A DNA stretch of 64,000 nt from the NCBI GenBank assembly GCA_963752235.1, contig CAVVXL010000011.1, forward strand, positions 128,599-192,598, in the 5' to 3' direction. This stretch comes from an uncultured Acidobacteriota bacterium (lineage in GTDB: Bacteria > Acidobacteriota > Thermoanaerobaculia > Multivoradales > UBA5704). Below the pieces are notes generated by a model that did not search any database, was not told the DNA's origin, and was given only the letters and a program-made list of their open reading frames with translations. The position numbers and the translations under genes are program-made. This document shows positions 27,690-35,617 of the stretch, one piece after another (position 1 is the first letter of the stretch; each line of letters opens with the position of its first letter).

Positions 27690-27717
27690 GAAAAACTGCA
27701 AAGCAAAAACTGCAAGG
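27690..27717 (-). promoter_or_regulatory. tandem direct repeat (minus strand CCTTGCAGTTTTTG CTTTGCAGTTTTT) upstream of pepB, candidate regulator site
   Basis: Two 13-14-bp units read directly, 140-165 nt upstream of the pepB start. Confidence 0.3.
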
Positions 27718-27816
27718 ACGAAGACGCAGAGTCCGCGCGCTCGTCGTGTTCTTAGTGTACCAGAGGGTGGATAGCGGGACACTCCCCTAACACTCCCGCG
27801 CGCTGTGTCGGTAGTG

Positions 27817-29088
27817 TCAGCTCAACGGAGAGGACGGCGCGGCCCCGAGCGGCTCGAGCACGCTCGGGCGGTCGGCCTCGGAGCCCCGCTTGAGGAGCTC
27901 GGCGAGCTCGCGGCCGGGCAAGGGACGCTGGAAGAAATAGCCCTGCGCGTAGTCGATGCCGAGCAGGCGGAGCACCTCCGCGTCCTCGGCGGTCTCGACC
28001 GCCTCCATCACCGTCGCCGTGCCGGCGCGCGCCGCCATCTCCGCCGTGCTCTGGACGATGATCTGCTTGAACGGATCGTGCGCCAGCCCGCGGCAGAAGG
28101 TGCCCGAGATCTTGAGGAAGTCCGGATGGAGGTCCTGGAACAGGTTGAGGTTGCTCGACCCCTCGCCGAAATCGTCGAGCGCGATGCGGAAGCCCCGCTC
28201 GCGCAGCCGCTGCAGGGTCGACGCGAAGGCGCTGGGATTGACGATCGTCTGCTGCTCGGTGAGCTCGAGGACGATGTCTTTCTCCTGCAACCCCGCGGCG
28301 TGCACGGCGTCGCAGAGCCGCGCGGCGAACTCGGGGTTGGTCAGCGACCGCGGCTGCACGTTGAGGAACGTGGCGAGGGTGTTGCCGAGGTAGACCACCT
28401 CGGTCAGGGCGGCATGGATGCAGATCATGTCCGCCTCGAAGAGGAGCTCCTTCTGCGCCGCGTAGGCGAGGAAGACCGCGGGGCTCCCCAGCACCGAGTG
28501 GATCGGCCCGCGCGCCAGGCTCTCGACTCCGAACACCTCGAAGCGCAGGGCGGCGTCCTGCAGCTTGACGACCGGCTGCAGGACGGCGCGGATCAGGTTG
28601 GCCGCCATGAAGTCCTCGAGCAGCTCGACGTGCTGCACCTCCCCCTCTCCCTCGAGGGGAACGCCGGGGGCGAGGCAGACCGCGCGGCGGTCCAGCAGGT
28701 AGCCGCGCAGCCGCGTCAGCCCTTCGGACTTCTCGAGCACCGCGGTGACGCCGAGGACGGAGCACAGGTCGCGCACCGCCTGGTCGACGTAGCCGCTCAG
28801 CACGTAGACCGCGGTGTCGGGGAAGTTGGCGGTGACGAAGCGGACGAGGCGCATGCCGTCGAGCCCGCCGAGCTGCGAGACCGAGAGGTCGGTGATCACC
28901 ACGTCGAAGCGGAAGCACCGCAGGAGGGCCTCGGCGGCCTCGATCTCCATGCAGGTGGTCAGCTCGATACCCGGCAGCCGGAGGCAGGCAGCCAGCGTGT
29001 CGACCACGATCGACTCATCGTCGAGGATCAGGACCCGAAGCACGGCGTCAGTGTCTTTCCATCCGGAGCGAGGAACCGCGCCAGGCAT
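27817..29088 (-). CDS. response regulator with REC and EAL (c-di-GMP phosphodiesterase) domains
   Basis: REC: VLILDDES...VVITDLSVSQLGGLDG. EAL domain: VLELTEQ, ALDDFGEGSSNL, LKISGTF, MEAVETAED, AQGYFFQRP. Confidence 0.85.
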   Translation of the reverse strand: MPGAVPRSGWKDTDAVLRVLILDDESIVVDTLAACLRLPGIELTTCMEIEAAEALLRCFRFDVVITDLSVSQLGGLDGMRLVRFVTANFPDTAVYVLSGYVDQAVRDLCSVLGVTAVLEKSEGLTRLRGYLLDRRAVCLAPGVPLEGEGEVQHVELLEDFMAANLIRAVLQPVVKLQDAALRFEVFGVESLARGPIHSVLGSPAVFLAYAAQKELLFEADMICIHAALTEVVYLGNTLATFLNVQPRSLTNPEFAARLCDAVHAAGLQEKDIVLELTEQQTIVNPSAFASTLQRLRERGFRIALDDFGEGSSNLNLFQDLHPDFLKISGTFCRGLAHDPFKQIIVQSTAEMAARAGTATVMEAVETAEDAEVLRLLGIDYAQGYFFQRPLPGRELAELLKRGSEADRPSVLEPLGAAPSSPLS

Positions 29089-29154
29089 CCCCCGCAGAAT
29101 CGTTATTGAACAACGGATAGGTCAGACGGAGGTTAACCGCCGCCTCGACGTAAG

Positions 29155-30705
29155 TCAACCGCCGCCCCCTTCCTGCTCGTCGTCCCGGCATCCCGTCTGC
29201 TTTCTCCACTCGTAGAGCTCGCCGATGTCAGTTTCCGAAACCAGGTTGTAGCATCTCAGCAGGCGCTTGGCCAGCGGGTCTCCGGGCGGACGTCCCCAGA
29301 CGTAGACGGCGTCGACCAGGTCCGCGTTCGGCTTGACGCGGTAGGAGCCCGGGTCGAGCGCCACGTTCGGGGCGTCGGGGAAAGTGACCGCGCGGCGGAA
29401 GCGCACCGGGAAGAAGTCGAACTTCCCCTCGTAGTTGTCCCAGTCGATCAGCCCCTTCTCGAGGGCCGTCCAGGAGATCGCGTGGGAGAGCACGTCGGTG
29501 GGGCCGGTGTGCGCGAAGTTGAGCGCCAGGGCGCGGGTGTCCGGCTTGACCGGCGCGAGACCGGCCAGATAGCGCTCGACCTCGCCGCCGAGCTCGCGGT
29601 AGCGCTCGGTCAGGTAGACGACGTTCAGCAGGGCCACCAGGGCCAGCGCCAGGGCGGCGATCGTCTCGCGCCGCCGCGCCTCCCCCGCCCCCACCCCCGG
29701 CGAGGACCGCAGCGACAGCCAGGGGAGCAGGACGAGGAAGGGATAGAGGCTGAGGCGGTTCTTGATCAGCCAGCCGCCGGCCATCCCGTCCGGGCTGACG
29801 AAGTAGACCCCGGCGAGCAGCAGGGCGAGGAGCAGAAAGGCGTTCTCGGCGCCGCGGTGCCGGGCCCGCCACACGGTGGCGGCGAGCAACGCCAGGAAGA
29901 GCGCGGCGAGGGCGATCCCCAGCCAGCGCTGGACGTCGCCGAGGGTGAACAGCACCTGGAGCCCGGCGAAGAATCCCACGAGCTGGCCGGCCGACCAGGC
30001 GGTCGGGTGGCTCTCGCCCCCCTGATGGGTGAGGAACCAGAGCGGCAGCACGATCTGCGGCAGCAGGATCGGGACGTGCCGGAGGTGCCGCCGCCAGCTC
30101 TGCCGCCTGAGGGTCGCGAGCCAGAGCACCGCGATCGCGAGCAGGGCGAGGGCGAGCGACAGGATGTGCGAGGCGTAGCAGAGCCAGAGCAGCAGGTTGA
30201 TCCCCACCGCGAAGCGCCACCCCGGGCGCTCGCGGTGCCGCCACCAGAAGCCGAGCGCGAAGAGGAACCAGGCGACGCTGAGCGAGAAGTTGTAAAAGCC
30301 GTACTGGAAGAGCTGGTGATAGGCGAACGGGAAGGCCAGGAAGGCCGGCCAGCGCTCCTCCGGCCGCACCGAGCCGGCGAGGTACCAGGCGCCGGCCAGG
30401 AAAGTGAGCACGTAGCCGCTGACGAAGAGCTTTTCGGCCACGGCCGGCGGCACGGCGGTCATCAGCAGCGCCATGCCGGCGTGGCCGATCCAGTTGGGAT
30501 AGGGCTTGCCGTTCACCTCGTAGTAGCGGGCGAAGAGCGGGTAGTGCCGGGTGTCGGCGTGGTGCAGCAGGATCCAGGCGTTGTAGGTGTGACAGGGGCC
30601 GTCCGTGGTCGGCACGTGGCGCACCACCCAGAAAGGCAGCACGTAGAGCACGGCCAGCGCGAAGAACAGGAGGCGCAGCCGGCGGGGGGAGAGCGCGAGC
30701 GTCAT
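29155..30705 (-). CDS. polytopic membrane protein of unknown function, paralogue 2
   Basis: C-terminal 516 aa of ORF 29155..33012, starting MTLALSPRRL. Shares the DGPCHTYNAWIL and PYPNWIGH motifs with 30702..32261. ATGA overlap with paralogue 1. Confidence 0.75.
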   Translation of the reverse strand: MTLALSPRRLRLLFFALAVLYVLPFWVVRHVPTTDGPCHTYNAWILLHHADTRHYPLFARYYEVNGKPYPNWIGHAGMALLMTAVPPAVAEKLFVSGYVLTFLAGAWYLAGSVRPEERWPAFLAFPFAYHQLFQYGFYNFSLSVAWFLFALGFWWRHRERPGWRFAVGINLLLWLCYASHILSLALALLAIAVLWLATLRRQSWRRHLRHVPILLPQIVLPLWFLTHQGGESHPTAWSAGQLVGFFAGLQVLFTLGDVQRWLGIALAALFLALLAATVWRARHRGAENAFLLLALLLAGVYFVSPDGMAGGWLIKNRLSLYPFLVLLPWLSLRSSPGVGAGEARRRETIAALALALVALLNVVYLTERYRELGGEVERYLAGLAPVKPDTRALALNFAHTGPTDVLSHAISWTALEKGLIDWDNYEGKFDFFPVRFRRAVTFPDAPNVALDPGSYRVKPNADLVDAVYVWGRPPGDPLAKRLLRCYNLVSETDIGELYEWRKQTGCRDDEQEGGGG

Positions 30706-32261
30706 GGGCTCGGCCGCGCCCCCGCGCGTTCGTTCTCCATCCGCTCCCACAGCACGCCGCCGCCGGTGTCGGAGAGGGGCCGGTAGAAGTTGCCCAGCCG
30801 GATGCCGAGCGAATGGCCCGGCGGCATCTGCCAGGTGTAGACGTAGTCCGCGCGGCGCTTCCACTGCCACATGCGCAGCTGCCCCGGGTGGGCCTCGATG
30901 TCGCCGATCGGCGGCTTCGACACGCCGGCGCGGAACTCGACCGGGAAGAAGTCGAAGGTCGCCTCGTAGTTGTCCCAGTCGACCAGCCCGCGCTCGAGGG
31001 CGCGGTAGCTCATGGCGTGGCCGAGGATGTCCACCTCGATCCCCCGCCCCGTGTGCTGGAAAAGGAGCGGCAGGACCCGGCTGCCGGGACGGACCGCGTC
31101 GAGCCCGGCGAGGTAGCCCGCCATCTCGCCGCTCAAGGTCCGGTACCAGCGGGCCACGTAGACGAGGTTGAAGAGCGCCACCAGGAAGAGGACCGCGACG
31201 CCGGCCCGGCGGCCCCGTGCGCCGAAGCCGGGCGCGAGCCAGGGGATCAGCAGCAGGTAAGGGTAGAGGCAGAGCCGGTTCTTCAGCATCGAGCCGCCGG
31301 ACATCCCCTCGGGGCTGACGAAGTAGAGCACCGCGAAGAGGGCGGCGAGGAGGAGGAAGGCGCGCTCCCCGTGTGTCGTCCCGCGCGGCTGGCGCCACCC
31401 CTCCCGCCGCAGGGTGAGGAGGAGGAGGGCGAGGAAGGCGAGCGCCATCCCCCAGGCCAGCCAGCGCTGGGGGCCGCCGAAGGCCGACATCGCCCCGATG
31501 CCGAAGAAGTAGGTCAGGAGCTTCCCGAGCGGCCAGTAGGCGGCGACGGTGGCGCCCCCCTCCCGCGAGAAATACCAGGCCGGCAGCACGATCTGCGGCG
31601 CCAGCACGGCGACGTGCGCCAGGTGGCGGCGCCAGGAGACCAGGCCGTCGTCGAGCACCGTGGCGAGCCAGAGCACCGCGATGGCGAGCAGGGCGAGGGC
31701 GAAGGAGAGGATGTGCGAGAAGTAGCAGAGCCAGAGCAGCAGGTTGATCCCCACCGCGTAGCCGGGCGAGAGGGGGCGCTCGCGGTGCCGCCACCAGCAG
31801 CCGACGATGAAGGGGAAGAGGGCGAGGCTGACCGCGAAGTTGTAGAACCCGAACTGGAACAGGAAGTTGAAGACGAAGGGGAAGGCGAGGAAGGCGAGCC
31901 AGCGGTCCCCCGATCGTACCGAGCCCACCAGGTACCACATTCCCGCCAGGAAGGTCAGCACGTAGCCGGTCGCCAGCAGCTTCTCCGCGACGAGAGGCGG
32001 CACCACGAACATCAGGAGCGCCATCACCCCGTGCCCGATCCAGTTCGGGTAGGGGGCGGCGTTGACCTGGTAATACTGCTGGAAGAGGGGGTACTGGGCG
32101 GGATTCGCGGACTGGCGGAGGATCCACGCGTTGTAGGTGTGGCACGGCCCGTCCACCGTCGGCAGGTAGTGGACGATCCAGAACGGCACGGCGTAGAGGC
32201 CGGCCAGCGTGAAGTAGAGCGCGCGGATCCAGCGCCCGTTGAGATCTGTCGTCGGTTCCAT
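30702..32261 (-). CDS. polytopic membrane protein of unknown function, paralogue 1
   Basis: 519-aa ORF with ~10 hydrophobic segments plus a ~150-aa C-terminal soluble part; collinear with paralogue 2. Confidence 0.75.
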   Translation of the reverse strand: MEPTTDLNGRWIRALYFTLAGLYAVPFWIVHYLPTVDGPCHTYNAWILRQSANPAQYPLFQQYYQVNAAPYPNWIGHGVMALLMFVVPPLVAEKLLATGYVLTFLAGMWYLVGSVRSGDRWLAFLAFPFVFNFLFQFGFYNFAVSLALFPFIVGCWWRHRERPLSPGYAVGINLLLWLCYFSHILSFALALLAIAVLWLATVLDDGLVSWRRHLAHVAVLAPQIVLPAWYFSREGGATVAAYWPLGKLLTYFFGIGAMSAFGGPQRWLAWGMALAFLALLLLTLRREGWRQPRGTTHGERAFLLLAALFAVLYFVSPEGMSGGSMLKNRLCLYPYLLLIPWLAPGFGARGRRAGVAVLFLVALFNLVYVARWYRTLSGEMAGYLAGLDAVRPGSRVLPLLFQHTGRGIEVDILGHAMSYRALERGLVDWDNYEATFDFFPVEFRAGVSKPPIGDIEAHPGQLRMWQWKRRADYVYTWQMPPGHSLGIRLGNFYRPLSDTGGGVLWERMENERAGARPSP

Positions 32262-32318
32262 GATCCGTCGGCTGTCTTCCGCTGTCTTCCGGCAGACAGG
32301 CAGGCGGCGTGAGGATAC

Positions 32319-33512
32319 CTAAGTTTCGTCTTTCCGGAAACGTTCGCCCACCCGCCGGTAGGCCTCGCGGAAGGGGATCCCTTCGTCGAGCACCAGGCGG
32401 TAGGCCTCCTCGGCGGCGTGGATGCCGGGATCGAGGCGGATGCGCTCGGGGTGGAAGCGGACGCCGGGGAGGGCGGCGGCGGCGATGGCGAGGGTCGAGC
32501 TTGCGAGGTCGAGGCCGCGGAAGAGGGGCGCCTTGAGGAGCTGGAGATCGCGGTGATAGCCGGAGGTCAGCTTGGCGGGGATGGCGAGCGCCTCGGCGAG
32601 GGCTGCGTGGGCGGTCGCCGTGCGGCCGCGCATCAGCTCGAAGACGTCGGGGTTGCGCTTCTGCGGCATGATCGAGGAGCCGGTGGTCATCGCCGCCGGC
32701 AGGCTGACGAAGGCGAATTCGGAGCTGGCGAAGAGGACGAGGTCGGCGGCGAGCCGCCCCAGGTCCTGCATCAGCAGGACGATCTCGAACAGCACCTGCG
32801 ACTCCGCCTTGCCGCGCGAGAGCTGGACGGCGGTCACCGGCTCCTGGACGGCGGCGAAGCCGAGGCTGCGGCGGGTCGCCTCGCGGTCGAGCGGGAGGAG
32901 CGGCACGCCGTAGCCGGCGCCCGAGCCCAGCGGGTTCTTCTCGATCCGCCGCGAGCAGGCGAGGAGCCCCTCGGCGTCGTCGCGCAGCTCGGCGGCGAAG
33001 CCGCCGGCCCACAGCGCGACCGAGCTCGGCATCGCCTGCTGGAGATGGGTGTAGCCGGGGAGCACCGTGGCCGCCTCGCGCTCCCCCAGCTCGTGGAGCG
33101 CCGCGGCGACCTCCCGCGCGCCACCGGCCAGCGCCGCGACCTCATCGCGCAGATAGAGACGGAGGGCGGCGAGGACCTGGTCGTTGCGCGAGCGCCCGAG
33201 ATGGAGGCGCCCGCCCGCCTCGCCGATCCGCGCCGTCAGCCGGCTCTCGAGCGCGGTATGGACGTCCTCGTCCGCCAGCTCGATCCGCCACTCCCCCGCC
33301 GCGTGCCCGGCGGCGAGCGCCGCGAGCCCGGCGCGGATCGCCGCCAGGTCGGAGGCCGGCAGCAGCCCCACCGCCGCCAGCATCTCGGCGTGGGCGATCG
33401 AGGCCGTGACGTCATAGGGGACGAGACGCGCGTCGAGGCGATGGTCCTCGCCCGCGGTGTAGCGCAGCACCCGCTCGTCGAGCGGCTCCCCCTTGTCCCA
33501 CAGCCGGGTCAT
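32319..33512 (-). CDS. argH: argininosuccinate lyase
   Basis: HLGRSRNDQV, GYTHLQQAMP and GSSIMPQKRNPD signatures. ATGA overlap with the upstream gene. Confidence 0.9.
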   Translation of the reverse strand: MTRLWDKGEPLDERVLRYTAGEDHRLDARLVPYDVTASIAHAEMLAAVGLLPASDLAAIRAGLAALAAGHAAGEWRIELADEDVHTALESRLTARIGEAGGRLHLGRSRNDQVLAALRLYLRDEVAALAGGAREVAAALHELGEREAATVLPGYTHLQQAMPSSVALWAGGFAAELRDDAEGLLACSRRIEKNPLGSGAGYGVPLLPLDREATRRSLGFAAVQEPVTAVQLSRGKAESQVLFEIVLLMQDLGRLAADLVLFASSEFAFVSLPAAMTTGSSIMPQKRNPDVFELMRGRTATAHAALAEALAIPAKLTSGYHRDLQLLKAPLFRGLDLASSTLAIAAAALPGVRFHPERIRLDPGIHAAEEAYRLVLDEGIPFREAYRRVGERFRKDET

Positions 33513-35605
33513 GCCACGGCCTCGACCGGCTCCGCGGTCTCCGCCCCCCCGGAAAGCCGCTCGGCGTAGGCGCGCACCAGCCGGGTGTAGAAGCGGGCTC
33601 CGGCTAGGATCTCGCTCTCGAGCACGAACTCGTCCAGGGTGTGCGAGCGCTCGGTCCGCCCCGGGCCGCACTTGACGGCGGGGACGCCGGCCAGGAAGAC
33701 CATGTCGGAGAGGGTCGGCGAGCCGAACAGGGCGGCCTCGGGGCGCGCCGCGCGGGCCGCCACGACGAGCGGCGACCCTTCGTCGGTCGCCAGCGGGCGC
33801 AGGCGGTCCGAGAGCACCCGCACCTCCCCGGTCACTACCTGGCGAATGCGCTCGACGATCTCCGCGACGCCGAGCGCCGGCGTGGTGCGCACGTCGAGGA
33901 TGGCCGTCGCCTCCCCCGGGACGACGTTGCGCGCCGTGCCGGCGGCGAGCTGTGTCGGCTCGAGGGTGATCGCGCCGAGGCGCGGATGGCGCGGCCCGAG
34001 ATCCACCCCTTCGAGGGCCACCAGGTCGCGGGCGAGGCGGCGCGCGGCGTTGCCCGCCCCGAGCGCCGCCGCGTGGGCGGCGTGGCAGGCGTCGCCGCGG
34101 GCCACCAGCTCCAGGACCAGCAGCCCCTTCTGCGCCACGGCGAGGTCGAGGCCGGTCGGCTCCCCCACCACCGCCGCGGCCGGCGGCGTGCCGCGGCGGG
34201 CCAGCTCGGCGAGCACCGCCTCGGTGCCGGTCCCCCGCGTCTCCTCCCCCTCGACCAGGGCGAGAGCGAGGGTGAACGGCAGCTTCGCCTCGCCGAAGGC
34301 GAGGAACGCGGCAGTCATCGCGGCGACCGCGGCCTTGGCGTCGTTCGATCCCAGCCCGTAGACGCGTCCGTCGACCGCCTGCACGTCCCAGGGGTCGCGC
34401 GTCCAGCCGGGGGCCGGCGGCACGGTGTCGAGATGAGTATCGAAGAGGAAGAGCGGTCCCTCGCCCACGGTCGCCAGCAGGGTCGCCCCCGCGGCGCCCA
34501 GGCGGGTCACCGCGACGCCGTTCTTGCGCAGCAGCCCGCTCAAGCGGTCGGCGACCGCCGCCTCGTCCCCCGAGACCGAAGGGATGGCGGTGATCGCGCG
34601 GTGGAGGGCCAGGATCTCGCGGTCGGGGAGCATCAGGAGCGCTCCCACCCCGGCGAGCGCTCCGGCGTTCATACCGGCCAGCTTTCCCGCCGCGGCCTCG
34701 GCGGGGGTGAGCACCCGCACGTCGTCGACCACCAGCGTCCCCACCCCTTCGTTGGTGAACACCTCGGCCAGCAGGCCGTCCGGCAGATCGTGGGAGAGGA
34801 TGTGCACCCGCCGCACCCCGCCCGCGAGCGCCGCCTCGATGGCGGAGGTCTTGGGCAGCATGCCGGCCACCACCCCGCCGGCGTCCTTCAGGCGGCGGAG
34901 CCCGGCGAGGTCGGTGTAGGAGACCAGGGAGCCCGCGTCGTCCGGCCGCTCGAGGATGCCGGCGGCGCCGGTGAGGAAAAGGAGCTTCTCGGCGCCGAGC
35001 GCCACCGCCAGCGCCGAGGCGATGGTGTCGGCATTGATATTGAGCAGCGTGCCGTCGTCGGCCGCCGAGAGGGGGCTGACCACCGGCACGTAGCCGGCGT
35101 CCATCAGCGCGGTCAGCACCCGCGGCTCGACGGCGGCGACGTCCCCCACGAAGCCGTAGTCCACCAGCTCTCCCCTGACCTCGACCGGCGGCCGCCGGCG
35201 GGCCCGGATCAGGCCGGCGTCGACTCCGGAGACCCCCACCGCCGGCAGCCCGACGAGGCGGCAGGCGGCGAGCAGGCGGGTATTGGCGGTGCCGTTCAGG
35301 ACCATCGTCGCCACCTCGAGCGCCGGGGCGTCGGTCACCCGCCGCCCCTCGACGAAGCGGCTCTCGGCGCCGAGGGCGCGGGCGAGCCGGGTCGACTGGG
35401 TGCCGCCGCCGTGCACCAGCACGACGCGGATCCCCACCTGGTGGAAGACCTCGATCTGCTCCACCAGGTCGCGCACGGTCGATTCGCGCTCGAGGGCGCC
35501 GCCCCCCGCCTTGATGACGAAGGTCTTCCCCTTGAAGATCCGGATGTAGGGGACCGCGTGCTTGAGGGCGGTCGCCTCGGCGGTGCGCTGGCCGACGTCT
35601 TTCAT
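33509..35605 (-). CDS. argB: fusion of acetylglutamate kinase (N) and an M20 acetylornithine/acetylcitrulline deacetylase-like domain (C)
   Basis: FVIKAGGGAL...VLVHGGG...LLNINAD (ArgB). After a ~25-aa Ala/Gly linker: FDTHLDTVP, GLGSNDAKAAVAAM, VEGEETRGTG (M20). A single 698-aa ORF with no stop. Confidence 0.8.
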   Translation of the reverse strand: MKDVGQRTAEATALKHAVPYIRIFKGKTFVIKAGGGALERESTVRDLVEQIEVFHQVGIRVVLVHGGGTQSTRLARALGAESRFVEGRRVTDAPALEVATMVLNGTANTRLLAACRLVGLPAVGVSGVDAGLIRARRRPPVEVRGELVDYGFVGDVAAVEPRVLTALMDAGYVPVVSPLSAADDGTLLNINADTIASALAVALGAEKLLFLTGAAGILERPDDAGSLVSYTDLAGLRRLKDAGGVVAGMLPKTSAIEAALAGGVRRVHILSHDLPDGLLAEVFTNEGVGTLVVDDVRVLTPAEAAAGKLAGMNAGALAGVGALLMLPDREILALHRAITAIPSVSGDEAAVADRLSGLLRKNGVAVTRLGAAGATLLATVGEGPLFLFDTHLDTVPPAPGWTRDPWDVQAVDGRVYGLGSNDAKAAVAAMTAAFLAFGEAKLPFTLALALVEGEETRGTGTEAVLAELARRGTPPAAAVVGEPTGLDLAVAQKGLLVLELVARGDACHAAHAAALGAGNAARRLARDLVALEGVDLGPRHPRLGAITLEPTQLAAGTARNVVPGEATAILDVRTTPALGVAEIVERIRQVVTGEVRVLSDRLRPLATDEGSPLVVAARAARPEAALFGSPTLSDMVFLAGVPAVKCGPGRTERSHTLDEFVLESEILAGARFYTRLVRAYAERLSGGAETAEPVEAVA

Positions 35606-35617
35606 GATCGTTTCTCC

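Noticed and set aside
33509-35605. Splitting argB::argE into two genes with an internal start at MLPDREIL
   Set aside because: No stop codon separates the domains and no SD precedes the internal Met. I keep it as a fusion but flag that an indel must be excluded.
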